Source: Thecamonas trahens ATCC 50062
Lineage: Eukaryota; Protista; Apusomonadida
Length of the DNA: 64,000 nucleotides
Assembly: GCF_000142905.1 (NCBI RefSeq)
Contig: NW_013657650.1
Location: forward strand, 1-64,000
Direction of reading: 5' to 3'
The position numbers were made by a program, and so were the translations under genes. Of this stretch, positions 9,996 to 22,102 are shown piece by piece. Below the pieces are notes generated by a model that was given only the letters and a program-made list of their open reading frames with translations, had not been told where the DNA came from and did not search any database. The stretch's first letter is position 1; each line of letters begins with the position of its first letter.

Positions 9996-11666
9996 TCATT
10001 CCGGAGTGCTGGGAGTCACCACCACCCGCCGCCGCCGCCTCACCCTCTGCACCTTCTTGCCCCTGTCATTGATCTTGATCTTGCCCTTGCCCTTGCCCTT
10101 GCCCTTGTCCTTGTCCTTGCCCTTGTCCTTGTCCTTGCCCTTGTCCCTGTCCTTGCCCTTGCGGCCACTGCCGCCGCTCTTCGCCTGGTACTCGGGTACA
10201 GGGCTAGACGCCGCCGATGAGCTTTCGCTCTGTGTCTCAGACTCAAACTGAGACCACGAGCAAGAGTCTCCGCCCGAGCTCGAGGTAATCGGCTCGACAA
10301 TGACGACCCGCCGCCGGTGCGACGCCCGGAGCGAGGCCCGATGCGAGGCCCGATGCGAAGCCCGGAGTGAGGCCCGCTGCGAGGACCGCAGCGAGCCGCG
10401 CGGCATCGACGCCAGTGACGAGACAACCGAGCCGTCGGCAACAGCCTCGCGCTGTACCACCGAGCCGGACGCCCGCTGCGACCGATGCGACCGCCGCCGG
10501 ACCCGCCGACGACGAGTTCGCCGCCCGCGGCGCGAGACCCGGTGCGACGCCCGCCGGGACCGGCTGCTGCGGGACCGCGCATGCGACGCCCGCATCCGAA
10601 TCGGTGCAGAGTACGAGTACGAGCCACCGATGCTGCCCGACGCCGAGAACGATGAGCCCGAGTCGCGGATCGTCTCGCCATGGACGAGGTGTCCATGTCC
10701 GGGCAGGCTCGCCGGTAGCCGCGCCCGCAACTCGTGCAGGCCCTCAAGGCACGACCGCAGAGCCACCAGCCGTGGGTGCCACATCTTCTGCGCCACCAGA
10801 TGGTAGCAAACCCGGTCCTGGTCGTCGGCACACACCGCAAACACGTCTTCGGCCAGCTGTGCTGCTGCCCGGCTCTCCTTGGCTGTCAGCGCCGTTCGCG
10901 CCAGCTTCTTGCGCTTCGACTTGCTCAGCTTAATCCTGCCCGGCCCGGAACCGCTGCCGCTCCCGCTCCTGCTATCGCTGCCGATGTTTTTCTCCACCGA
11001 GCCGAGAACCTCGAACAGGACTGCAACGCGCTTGGCGGCGAGCGCTGCATCGTCGACCAGCTGCGCCACCTTGGCCCGCGGCAAAAAGTGTCTGTTCTGC
11101 TCATCGGCAATTGCCCAAAGCGCCTTGATAACGGCCTCGTGCGCCGCGTCAGTCGCCCGATCCGGCAGCGCGTCACGGTCGTTGTTCTCGTCGTCGTCCT
11201 CGTCGACGCCATCGCCATCAGACAGTGACGACGACGTCGAGGACGACGACGATGACGACGACGACGCATCTGCAATCTTGGCCGGTGGCGCAAGCCTGGC
11301 GGCGAGTGACGGAGCAACCGGAGCAGCGAGCATGGCGGCTGCGAGCGCAAAGCCCACAACTTCGCCGACGTCAGGCTCAGCCATGTCAGCCAGCGAAGGC
11401 CCAAAGGTGGCGACGAGAGCAGCAGCCAGAGCGTGACAAACGCCATCATCAGCATGACTCGGCAGTACACGCGCCACTGTCTCGCCAGTCACCGGGGCCA
11501 GGGTTCCAGCCACAAAGCCCTGCAACTCCCGCCAGTCATGGCGAGCCAAAGCGCTTGTCAACCGCCCGTCAGCACGGGCCTTGCCCAGCACGGTCTTCAG
11601 CGAGTTGCCCATCGACAGAAGGTTGGCAACAACAGCAAGCAGACAAAGTGTATACTTGTTGTACAA
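9996..11666 (-). CDS. Hypothetical protein with acidic, Arg/Ser-rich and KD/KG low-complexity tracts
   Basis: 556-aa ATG ORF convergent with the ADCK gene; no family recognised. Confidence 0.5.
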   Translation of the reverse strand: MYNKYTLCLLAVVANLLSMGNSLKTVLGKARADGRLTSALARHDWRELQGFVAGTLAPVTGETVARVLPSHADDGVCHALAAALVATFGPSLADMAEPDVGEVVGFALAAAMLAAPVAPSLAARLAPPAKIADASSSSSSSSSTSSSLSDGDGVDEDDDENNDRDALPDRATDAAHEAVIKALWAIADEQNRHFLPRAKVAQLVDDAALAAKRVAVLFEVLGSVEKNIGSDSRSGSGSGSGPGRIKLSKSKRKKLARTALTAKESRAAAQLAEDVFAVCADDQDRVCYHLVAQKMWHPRLVALRSCLEGLHELRARLPASLPGHGHLVHGETIRDSGSSFSASGSIGGSYSYSAPIRMRASHARSRSSRSRRASHRVSRRGRRTRRRRVRRRSHRSQRASGSVVQREAVADGSVVSSLASMPRGSLRSSQRASLRASHRASHRASLRASHRRRVVIVEPITSSSGGDSCSWSQFESETQSESSSAASSPVPEYQAKSGGSGRKGKDRDKGKDKDKGKDKDKGKGKGKGKIKINDRGKKVQRVRRRRRVVVTPSTPE

Positions 11667-12218
11667 TGTCTATGCTTGCGAACAGCTGCTGCCCAAGTCA
11701 AGTCTACCTTTGCTCCCGCTCCCGCTCGTCTCACTGGCCACATCCTGCCAACGGCAGCAGCAGTTGCCAGCGGGCACCTACACCACAGCGCCAACTGCCA
11801 AACAGCGAGACATCGACAATGTTGGTGCGATGAAGATGGATGAACGATGCGCGGCAGAGACGGAGATCAGTACAGGCCTCGCGAGTGTGATGATCGGTGG
11901 TGGTGGTGGCGTAGTATGGGCATGGCCATCATCGGCCGGGCCCTGTTGGGCTGGTTGGGCGGACGTTGATGGATGGGATGCTGATGATGCCGACGCGGTC
12001 AAGGCCAACTCATCGGTTACTTTGAGCTCCCCATCCAACCAGACCCCACCACACACACGCGCACATACACGCGCGCACACGCAGGCACATGCACACACAC
12101 AACCATGCATTTCCCATACCCACGCCTCGGGTCGTCTCGAAAGGCCAACACCGCCGCACACCGCCGCCGCCGGCAACAAAGTCGGCTGGCAGCCACTTGA
12201 CTCGCATTCCCAGCAGCC

Positions 12219-14109
12219 ATGGACGAGACCAGCAAGCGCAAGCGACGCAACTCGACGGAGATGGAGAGTAGCAGCATGGCGAGTGGAGCAGGGGGGATGG
12301 GGGGATGGTGTAGACGACCCGAACAAGGTGGTGGATATGGAGGTGACGGCGTCGGCGAGTGCGTATGTGGCGGCATCGAGCACAGAGGTCGGCAATGTCT
12401 TTGCCGTCGACGCCACATCGCTGCCTGGTGTGCTGGCGGCGGTCGAGTCGGCAGCACAGAAGAACGCTATCGATCGCGCCGAGGCTGCCGGTCGCCCTGA
12501 GCTCTTTCTCGAGTCCGAGATGGCGCTCGTGGCCTCGCTCGAGCGCCTCGGCACCATCTCCACCAACGCCCAGCTCTTTCCGCTCGCTGTCTTGCGTGGC
12601 ATTGCCACTCTGCTGCCGCCGCTGTTGGCCCACGACAACACCGACGTCGCAAACGTTGTCGTCCGCATTGTCGAGGAGATTGCCGACCCAGACGGCGTGT
12701 CGGGCAAGGGCGATGCGGCCGCAACGCTCTCGCTCATTTCGGCGCTGGTGAACAAGGGCCAGCTGCTGCCGCTGGTGGTGAACCACCTCGCGCGACTGGC
12801 AGCCGAGCCCGGCGTTGTCCGTGGCATGCCCAAAGACGTCAGCACGCCGCCCGGACGCACGCCAGACGCCGAGGACGCCGCCGAGAGTGCCTACCGCTGC
12901 ATGGCCGTTCTCGACCATCTCATCGGCTGGCAGCCGCTGGTGGCGGGCGCGCTGGCGAGCGTGACACCGCTGGTGGAGGTGCTTGGCAACTGGCTCCGCC
13001 CGCGGCGCGCTGTTGCATTTGACGAGAACAAAATGTACGCTGCCGAGCTGCTGGCGGTCGTGGCCGCGTCGGCCGCCGACCCGACAGTGGCTGCCGCCAA
13101 CGCCGCCGGCGACGATTGGCTCGACGGCATCCTGGTCTCGCTCGCCGACTACAGGGCCGCTGCCCCAGGCTCGCTCGATGCCGAGGAGGAGGAGTACGTT
13201 CACAACTGTCTCGATGCGCTTTGCTCGCTCCTCATGGCCTCGGTCGAGCTCAACGCTCGCTTTGTGGCGCTTGAGGGTGTCGAGCTACTCGCGGCACTGG
13301 TCGCCGGCAAGGGCGTCGCCCGCCCGGCCGCGCTCAAACTCCTCGACTTTGCGCTGACCGGCTCGCCGGCCGCAGCCTCGTCGCTGGTTGCTTCGGGCTC
13401 GCTCGGTATGCTCTTTGGTGCTCTGCTCTCGACCAAGGCCGAGCGCGCGCCCGAACGCGAGGCCAAGGCCAAGGCCAAGGTCAAATCCGCGCTCGCAGGC
13501 GCGTCCGACCAGGCCGAGGCCGACGCCATCCAGGTTGCCGCCAAGGCTGCGGCGCGAAAGCGCAAGCTCGCCCTCAAGGCGTACGACGCCGAGGCCGATG
13601 TCGAGCACGTTGTCTCGTGCCTCGCAGCCGCTCTTGTCTGGCTCGACGGCCTCGCCCTACTCCGCGTCGTTCACAAGTTCACCGAGGACGGCAAGGCTGG
13701 GCGGCTTGCCACGCTCCACGCCCGCTACGCCGAGCGCGCGGCCGCTGAGGACGCGCGCATTGCCACCATTGTCGCCCCGCTCGCTCCCGCCGCTCGCGCC
13801 GCTCTCGCCGACGACCTTTACATCCAGCGCCTCGATGCCGGCCTCTTCACGCTCCAGCGCATCGCAGTGGTGGCCGGTCTGCTCCACCTTTACGCGCCAC
13901 GGTTGAGCCCTGACGACGCCGCCACCCTCGTTGACGCCCTCAACCGCAACAGCCTCTCGCTTGCCCGCATCCGCCCGATCCTTGCCGAGTACCTTGAAGC
14001 TGCCGGCGGCGAAGCTGGCCGCGGTGGCAACGACGACGACGACGACGCCGCCGCGATCGATCTCGGCGCGCGGACCGTCCGTAAGGTCGCAGCCGTCATG
14101 GCTCTGTAA
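12219..14109 (+). CDS. CTNNBL1: Beta-catenin-like protein 1 (Prp19 complex); 5' end uncertain, possible short intron 12268-12313 or start at 12337
   Basis: PELFLESEMAL, LLAHDNTDV, FDENKMYAAELL, EEEEYVHNCLDALCSLL and LYIQRLDAGLFTLQ match CTNNBL1. An upstream MDETSKRKRR (NLS-like) can be spliced in frame. Confidence 0.9.
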
Positions 14110-14170
14110 CTCGACACAATCAATCAGCTCAAGCTCTGGAAGTTTAACGTCTTCCCGTGGCAACCGTTGG

Positions 14171-15676
14171 TTACACCTTGCCGTAATCCAGCTTGGTCTC
14201 GAGCTTCTTGGCCTCACGGATCTTACGGACGGCCTTCATGAAGTCGCCCTCGGTAACGTAGGCGCGGTCATCGCGGAGCGCAAAGAGGCCGGCCTCTGTG
14301 CACACGTTGCGGAGATCGGCGCCGTTGAAGCCGTCGGAGAGGCGGACGGCCGAGTCAAAGTTGAGCTCGCCCATCTTGACGATCTTTGCCGAGTGGATGG
14401 TGAGGATGTCGCGGCGGGCCTCCTCGTTAGGCAGCGGGATCTCGACCTTGCGATCGAGGCGGCCCGGGCGGAGGAGGGCCGGGTCGAGGACGTCGGGCCG
14501 ATTTGTGGCCATGACAATCTTGACGCCGTCGAGCGTGTCGAACCCGTCCATGCAGTTGAGCAGCTCCATGAGCGTCCGCTGGATCTCACGGTCGGCAGAC
14601 GTGCCTTGGTTAAACCGCTTGCCGCCGATGGCATCGATCTCGTCCATGAACACAATGCACGGAGCGTTGGTCTTGGCCCACGCAAACATCTCGCGAATGA
14701 CCCGTGCAGACTCGCCGATGTACTTGTCCACAATGGCCGATGAGACGACCTTGAGGAACGAGCAGTTCATCTGCGCCGCCACCGCACGCGCGAGCAGCGT
14801 CTTGCCCGTCCCCGGGGGCCGTACAGCAGCACGCCCTTTGGCGGCTTGATGCCCACGCGGAGGAAGAGCTCCGGGTTGATGAGCGGGAGCTCTACAACCT
14901 CGCGGAGCTCGCGGATCTGCTCGGCGAGCCCGCCAATCGACGAGTACGACACGTCGCCCGGGTCCTCAGACACCATGTTGAACACCAGCGGATCCACTTC
15001 GCGCGGAAGAATCCGCATGATCGTCAGCGTCGTCATGTCCAGCGCCACGCGCGTCGACGGCACAAGCTTCGCCTTGTCGAGCTTGGTCCGCACCCCCACC
15101 ACGTAACGCGGGCCGGACGAGGCCTTGACAATGAACCGGTCACCGTCCAGATGCCGGATCACCTCGCCAATGATCTGCCCGATAGACTGCAGCGCCGTAA
15201 GGTCATCCTCAGACTTGTCGTAGTCCTTCTGCTGCTGCTTCACCTGCGCCCGCACTGTCGCCCGTCTCCCGCCGCACACAAGGCCACGCCGACACCACCA
15301 GACACAACCACACACACACACGCACACATGCACATGCATGCACAGTCACACACACACACAACACAACACAACATCCAGCCATGAGTACACCCCTTCCCCT
15401 CTTCTCCTCTTCCCTCCCTTCCTCTCCCACGCAAGCCTTTCCCGCAGGTCGCCTTGCCTGGTGAAGAGGTGCCACTGGCTCTCGTTGGAAAAACGCAGGT
15501 CGCAGTAACAGCACCTCGCCAAGCCAAGCCGCCTGCGAGAGAGCAGAAGACGGCGGGACGCAACATGACATGCCGCATAGAGTGTACGTACGCTCACGCA
15601 CACGGGACGAAAGCTCGCGGTGCTGAAGGAGCTTGCTGCGGTAGGCAGAGAGTGCGGCCTGCTGGTCGCTCGACAT
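14171..15676 (-). CDS. RPT4: 26S proteasome AAA-ATPase Rpt4/PSMC6; intron 15255-15591; apparent 1-nt frameshift in Walker A at about 14814-14818
   Basis: [61 protein letters not shown] and [24 protein letters not shown]...ACAG intron joins [21 protein letters not shown] in frame. Confidence 0.96.
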
Positions 15677-15916
15677 GGCGCGCCGAACGAAGGACTGCGA
15701 AGCGGTGTGTCCCCTCCCCTGGCAAAGTTGCACCATTCGCCGACTCGTCGAACGGTGGACGACGCGGCGGCTGCAAACTGCAATTACGCTGGCCACTCGG
15801 CAGAGCAGGCAATCAATGATTACGTAGAAAAGTTTCCGCGGAGGGCACACTCCCTACCGAGGTCGGACTAGCCTCGCCTTCTCCCCACAGACACACTTGA
15901 CCCGGTTTAGGCTACC

Positions 15917-18900
15917 ATGCCCAAGCGGAAAGTGGACGATGTTGCAAAGGAGGAAGCCTCCCTCCAGTCCGAGCCAGAGGTGGATCTTGAGGGTGAGGAC
16001 GGGTCCGACGGCGGGCGCAGGGTTCGCGCACACGCCTCGACCTCGACCTCACCCCCGCCCCCGCCGCCAGCCGTAGCGCCGGGCGACACGGCCACGCTCG
16101 AGCTGCAGGCCACCGTCGAGGACGCCATGGCCTCACGCATAGCCACCATGAAACGTTTGGATGAAGAGGCCAAGGCTGAAGTCATGCGCGAGCTACAGCA
16201 CGGTAGGTCGAAGCGCAATGAGGGGAGGTGGGTTGGGAGGGTGGGAGGGTGGGAGGGGAAATTGCGACCTTTTTTGGACCAGGCTCTAGGGGCAGCAGGT
16301 CGGGAGGAAGGCATGGGGGCGACTCACAGCCCGCGGTTGGTGACTTCTGGTGTGGTGTTTTGCGATGGTGGTCGGCGCTAGACGCCACTGCCCCGTGTGA
16401 CGAAGACGACGATCCCGAGGCGGCCGAGTATCCGATCGATGGGCCACGGGCCGGCGTCATCCAGCACGTCTCGTTCTTCAACTTTATGTCGTTTGAGAAG
16501 CTCGAAGTCGAGCTCGGCCCGCGGGTCAACTTTATCGCCGGTCGCAACGGGTCGGGTAAGTCAACGATTGTGGCGGCGATTATGGTCGGGCTTGGGGCGA
16601 GCGCAAGACGGACCCGCCGAGCCGATTCGCTGGCGGAGCTAGTGGGCGATCACGGCGAGGCGGCGATTGTGCGGGTCCGGATGAACAACCGTGGGCCATC
16701 TGCGTATCGGTTCTCGGCGTATGGCTCGTCTGTGACCGTCGAGCGCATCCTGCGCAAAGCAACCGGTACGTCCAGCTATCGGCTGCTGAGTGCAGAGAAC
16801 AAGGTTGTGTCGACCGGCGCCGACGAGCTGCGCGCCATGCTCGACGCGTTCAACATCCAGGTTCAGAACCCGTACTGCGTGCTTGACCAGACAACATCGG
16901 TGGAGTTTATGGCCAGCAAGCAGTCGAGCGATCTGTTCAAGCTGTTTGTGATCGGGACCCGTCTCGGAGCGATGGAGGAGCAGGTCGCCGCCGCCCTCGA
17001 GGAGCTGGACGACGCCGACAAGGCGCTCAGCCACAAGGCGGGCATCGAGCTGCCGCGGATGGAGGAGCAGTACGCCGAGGCCAAGGCCAAGGCTGCTGCC
17101 ACCAGTGACATCGAAGTCACCCGCGCCGAACTCAAGAAGGCCAAGCTACACTATGCCTGGGCCTGCGTTCGCGACGAAGAGGTTGCCCTTGCCGAGGCCC
17201 GCGCCAAGCATGACAAGTTTTTGGGGTACAAACCACGGATTGAGGCCAAGGTCGCCAGTAAGGTCAAGGCAGAAAAGACGGCGGTTGCCAACGAGAAGAG
17301 CGCCATTGACGAGCTCAACCGCTTGACCGCCGCCAGCAATGAGACCTCCGCCGCCATCGCCAACATCCGCGCCGAAAAGCAGTCGGCGCAACGCGATGAG
17401 AACTTGGCACAGTTGACCCTGAAGCAAAGCCAAGAGACTCTCAAAGGAACAACGTCCAACATCGAGAAGACCCGCTCCGAAATTGCTGAGCTGCAAGCCG
17501 CCATCTGTGATGAGGCAGGCTCGCTAGAGGCCTACCGCGAGCAGCAGGCGGCGTCGATGGTCGGGCTCAGCGCCAAGATCGAGGAAGCCGAGCATGAGTT
17601 CCTTACTGCCGCGCAAGAGTTTGATGAGATTCTAGGTGCCCGTCGCGAGGCTGAGACCGCCATGCAGGCCGCCAAATCCCGCGAGATTGGCAGCAAGAAT
17701 GAGATGGGCAAGATCACTCGCGAGATTGACCAGCTCGAGCGGACTCGCGGCAACCGCATTGCTCGGTTTGTGCCACGAAAGGCCAACGTTGTCAAGCTCT
17801 TGGAAGCCATTGATGCAGCAGCAGCGGCGGGCAAGTTTTACGCCAAGCCGCTCGGCCCGATCGGCGGCCTCATTAGCCTCCGCGACCATAAGTGGGCCCT
17901 GGCCGTCGAGGTGTGCATCCGCAACTTTTTGCCAGCCTTTGTGGTCGCCACGGTCAACGATGAGAAGCTCCTGAGGAAGCTATGTTTGCAGTGCGGGTAC
18001 ACGTCCTCGCCACCGACCATCCGTACTTCGTTCACCTCGCAGCTGTACGACGTAAGTGCTCGATCGCCTTCGCCGGGCCTCACCACCATGCTGGAAGTGA
18101 TCCAAGCACCGGTAGTTGTGGTCAACGCCCTCATTGATGTCTGTAGGATCGAGAGGATGGTCCTTGGCGAGCACAGCGAGTGCAAGCAACTCATGCACAG
18201 GGGCCCGGCGCATGCGCGGACCAACGTCATGGCCGCTTGGACGCCCGACGGCTCGCAGTACCTCAACAAGAATGGGTTGCGGATCCGATACGCCTCGCGA
18301 CTCCGCCAGACGCTGCTCGGCTCGGATGCAGCCTCGCGCGAGGCGCTTCGCACCCGGTATGAGGAGGCCAAGGTCGAGCGTGCCGAAGCCGCGGCCGAAC
18401 TTCGCTCGCTCGGCACTCAGCTGAGCGAAATCAAGCGTGGGCAGGATGCAGCGGCTCGACGGAAGCAGACGCTCCACAACAAGGTCGAGGAGCTCAAAAA
18501 CAGGCTGAACTCGTTGGCAACCCAGGATTTGAGCACGATTGACCCTACCAAGCTGCCGAGTCTAGAGAAGTACGTTGCCAGGCAGCAGGACATTGCAGCC
18601 AAGGCAGAGGCTGCAATCGCTACCGCGCAGCGCGAGATCGAGCGCGCTGGCGCCAAGTGTGCAGAGGCGGAGGCGAAGATGGAGCGTCTGAAGGTCAAAG
18701 TCGAGGCGATCCGCGCTGACAAGACGGCTCAGGAAGACAAAGTTACGCGAGCAAGTGAGGCGCAGGTCATGGCCCATAGGGATGTTACCAAGTATGAGCA
18801 GAAGCTTGCAGCGCTCGGCGAGAAGATGGTCGAGGCGGCGGCCGACGTCGAGGCAGCCGAGAAAAAGGTGGCGTCCGCCACTGCCATTGCCGAGACCCGG

Positions 18901-19566
18901 GGCGAGCGCGTCGAGGTCACGGAGCGGTGCGATGACATCGAGCGCCTTATCGCGCAGCTCCGCGACCGGTTCCAAGACCAAGAGGCGCAGCACGGCGATG
19001 TGCGTGCGCTCTGGAATCGCGCCCGTCAGCTCAAGAGCAGATGCGACGAAGCGCGGACCCACATTGGCCAGCTTCGTGCCGAGATGAAGGGCATGCGTCT
19101 CAATGTTGGCCGTCTCAAGGAGCGGATGAAGGATGCGCGGCTCCAAGCCAAACGGCGGCTCGAGCGCATGTTCGTCCGTCTCCTCGGTGTCTCTGGAAAC
19201 ATTGGGCAGGCCGATGTCGACTACAACAAGCGCGAGCTCACCCTCCGGGTTGCCGTCAAGAACGACCGGTCGGCCATCCCTCGCCCGGTCCGTGATCTCT
19301 CCGGTGGCGAGCGGTCGACGACCATGGTCGCCTACCTGCTCTCGCTCTGGGACGCCATTGGCGGCCCTTTTGGCGTCATGGACGAGGCCGACGTCTTTAT
19401 GGACGTGGCCAATCGTTCTGTCTCCATGGATCTGATGGTCAACATGACCCGCAAGCAGGCCGGCATGCAGACCGTCTTTCTCGTCCCGGACGCCTCCAAC
19501 GTGCCGACTGGCGAGGGAAACGACGATGTCACCATGTTTGTCATGCCTGGATCTAGCCCTGAGTGA
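15917..19566 (+). CDS. SMC6: Structural maintenance of chromosomes protein 6; predicted intron 16203-16381
   Basis: NFMSF, VNFIAGRNGSGKST, long coiled coils, hinge PLGPIG, LSGGERS and DEADVFMD (SMC6-type). A GTAGGT...CTAG intron joins exon 1 in frame. Confidence 0.93.
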
Positions 19567-19650
19567 ACCAGTTGTATCAGGTTTTGTATCCCATCGCAGT
19601 CCAAGGTTGTGTATCCCATCGCAGTCCAAGCAGTGGTCTGAGCCGGGAAA

Positions 19651-19680
19651 GGGGGGGGGGGGGGGGGGGGGGGGGGGGGG
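19651..19680. repeat. Poly-G tract (about 30 nt), one of many intergenic and intronic G/C homopolymers
   Basis: Directly visible. Confidence 0.95.
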
Positions 19681-19850
19681 CTCAGCCCACAGCCCACGGC
19701 CCACAGTCCCACAGCAGAGCTGTGCTCTGATTTCTGTTCCCAGCCAAAGACAGCCAGCCGTCCGTTTCAACCCCAACCAGGGTCCGACTCGAGTTGAGCA
19801 GCTCCCCCTGGCATCGCCGACACGCCCACTCCTCGCCCATCTCCCCAGGC

Positions 19851-20714
19851 ATGGTAGTCGGCAAGTGTTGCAGCGTGGCGGCCGTGGTGGTCCTGGCGTG
19901 TGCCGGGTATCTGTATGTGGCTCTGACTCTGCTTGTCCATGCCGAGTGCTCTCCCTCCCCTCATCCGCCGCACTACCGCTGTGTGTATGAGCTGACTGCG
20001 CCCGGTCTGCGGACGACGACTGTGTGGGAGGGTGAGCTTGATCCGGAGCGGAAGACAATGGAGGGCATCGGAGTCTTTACTGCCGATGCTGCGAGGTACG
20101 ACGGCCGATATGAGGGAAGCATCCGCTCGGGGCGAGGCAAGCTCGAGCTCGGTGATGGGACGGTGATGGAGGGCGAGTTTGGCGGGAAGCGCGGGCTTCT
20201 CCATGGTAGTGATGGGGTATTTGTCTCGGCTTGGGGCTCCGTCGCCGAGGCTGGCTTTGCCAATGGCTCGATGAACGGGCCGGCGCGGCTGGCGCTGGCC
20301 CAGCGCGGCATGGACGCCGCACACGTGGCGTACGAGGGGCACATGGTCAACTCGCTCCCCGGGCGGGCCGATGGTGGCGACGGCCCGGCCGGTATGCTCC
20401 TTGCTGCCGATGGCGTAGAGTACTCGGTCACTCGCGCCGCCACAAACGGCTCGGCGTGGTCTGCCGCCATGCACACTCCGGTCATCACCTTTGATGTCGG
20501 GTGCGAGACCGCCTTTGGCGTTCCGGGCTGCCTCGTCTCGGTCGACTCGGCTCGGTGCGCCAACGATCAATGCGCCGCTCTCCGTGAGGCTTGTACTGCT
20601 CTCATGTGGCTTGCCGGTGAGTTGGATCTGGCAAACGGTCGCGTTCTCGCCCTGATGGAGCCGTACCCGTGGGCGGCACTGTTTGCCGAGACCAGTGGGA
20701 GCGGCGAGCTGTAG
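19851..20714 (+). CDS. Signal-anchored protein with MORN-like repeats
   Basis: N-terminal hydrophobic segment; WEGE...MEGIGVF, YEGSIRSGRGKL and DGTVMEGEF...LLHG resemble MORN units. Confidence 0.55.
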   Translation: MVVGKCCSVAAVVVLACAGYLYVALTLLVHAECSPSPHPPHYRCVYELTAPGLRTTTVWEGELDPERKTMEGIGVFTADAARYDGRYEGSIRSGRGKLELGDGTVMEGEFGGKRGLLHGSDGVFVSAWGSVAEAGFANGSMNGPARLALAQRGMDAAHVAYEGHMVNSLPGRADGGDGPAGMLLAADGVEYSVTRAATNGSAWSAAMHTPVITFDVGCETAFGVPGCLVSVDSARCANDQCAALREACTALMWLAGELDLANGRVLALMEPYPWAALFAETSGSGEL

Positions 20715-20736
20715 TCGGCGCGCCGGCAGATTCTCT

Positions 20737-21981
20737 TCAGTAGGTGACGCGGCTGGCTCGAGCGGCTCGTTCGGCATCGCCACCGACCGCGCACATCAGG
20801 AGCGACTCGGCCTGGGCTTCTAGCACAGCGTGGTGGTCGCGAACGAGCGCGCGAGCGAGGGCATGGAGGCGTGGGCAGGCGCCAGACTCGGCCGCGGCGA
20901 CCGCGTCGGTGGCCTCCAGCCCGAGCTGCTGCGAAAGTGCGTACTGGTCGTGCGGCGACATGTAGTGAAAGGTGGCGGCGGCAGAGTGGAGCTCGCCCCA
21001 GGGATCATCGCGTCCGCGCGGCCGCGCCGCATACCAGCGCGGTGCGTAGCCGTGGAAGGCATCGCTGTGCTCGCAAACTGCACCTGCAGCCTCAGCAGCG
21101 AGACCTGCGATGGAGAGATCCGAATACGGCGTGGCGCCGTCGGCAGCGATCCAGGCGTCGATCCGCGGCGCGAGGATGTCCATGAGCGCGGCCGAGATTG
21201 CGATGCCGCCGCCGCCGTTGGCGTAAAGCCCGCCGCGAGCTAGGCCCGGTACAGAGCCGGCGTCCGGGCTTAGGTGCCAGCACTGGCCGACCAGGTGCGG
21301 CCTAGTGTGGTCGTAGCCGTCAAGTACAGCAAGTGCATTGGCCGTCGCCACGTACGTGTCGCAGCCAACCGTCAGATACCAGCGGATGTCCAGCTCCTCT
21401 GCCTGGGCTCGGGCGTGGAGGACGGTGAGTGCGTGCCAGTTCTTGTGCAGCGTACATCGCGAGTACTTGGAGGCGTCGGTGCAGGCCGTCGCCGCTACGC
21501 GCGGTGGTAGCGGGACCAGATCGACCGCCGGCCATTTGGCCGCCAGTTCGTCGTCGACCGACTCGATAACAAACACCACATGATCCAGCGCTGTCCGTGC
21601 CGCCCACGTGTTGGCGCACGCCTGGATCCGGCCGGCCACAAAGTCGATGCCGGAGAAGACGCCCACCGCCACGTGGCTGCGCTGCAGTGAGCGCCGACTC
21701 GGGCCCTGTACCACGTCCAGCACTCCGAGATCGGCATGTCTACCTTGTCCATCATCGCCAGCATGCCGCGATGTCGGCGCGAGCACAACCTGTGGTGGCC
21801 AGGCGCAGTCGCAGTGGGAGGTGCAGCAGCTCCACCGCGAGAGGACCAGGCCGAGGAGGAGGCCGAGGAGAAGCGCAGCCGTCAGAACCACACTGGTGCC
21901 TCGCGGAGCATGTCGCCACCACACTCTGTCCGGAAGCCACCACAGCACTGCCCGTCGGTGTCGCTGTGGCCTCGTCAGCAT
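20737..21981 (-). CDS. Type II membrane glycosyltransferase, GT31/fringe/C1GALT1-like
   Basis: N-terminal TM, ACANTWA, WYLTVGCDTYV, NALAVLDGYDHTRPHLVG, YANGGGGIAIS, SDLSIA and ATFHY. Confidence 0.8.
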   Translation of the reverse strand: MLTRPQRHRRAVLWWLPDRVWWRHAPRGTSVVLTAALLLGLLLGLVLSRWSCCTSHCDCAWPPQVVLAPTSRHAGDDGQGRHADLGVLDVVQGPSRRSLQRSHVAVGVFSGIDFVAGRIQACANTWAARTALDHVVFVIESVDDELAAKWPAVDLVPLPPRVAATACTDASKYSRCTLHKNWHALTVLHARAQAEELDIRWYLTVGCDTYVATANALAVLDGYDHTRPHLVGQCWHLSPDAGSVPGLARGGLYANGGGGIAISAALMDILAPRIDAWIAADGATPYSDLSIAGLAAEAAGAVCEHSDAFHGYAPRWYAARPRGRDDPWGELHSAAATFHYMSPHDQYALSQQLGLEATDAVAAAESGACPRLHALARALVRDHHAVLEAQAESLLMCAVGGDAERAARASRVTY

Positions 21982-22102
21982 GCGCCTGCTGCAGTAAGCG
22001 TGCGTCGAGTGTCGATGTCGATGTCGGTCTAGCGGACCTTGGCCGTCGTCGTCTGCCCGACTGGCATTGGGCGGGCATTTTTGAGTTGGGCACTGCCGCC
22101 AC

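Noticed and set aside
11581-12218. N-terminal extension of the CTNNBL1 ORF
   Set aside because: Starts at TTG, overlaps the opposite-strand gene and crosses CA-repeat-like intergenic DNA.
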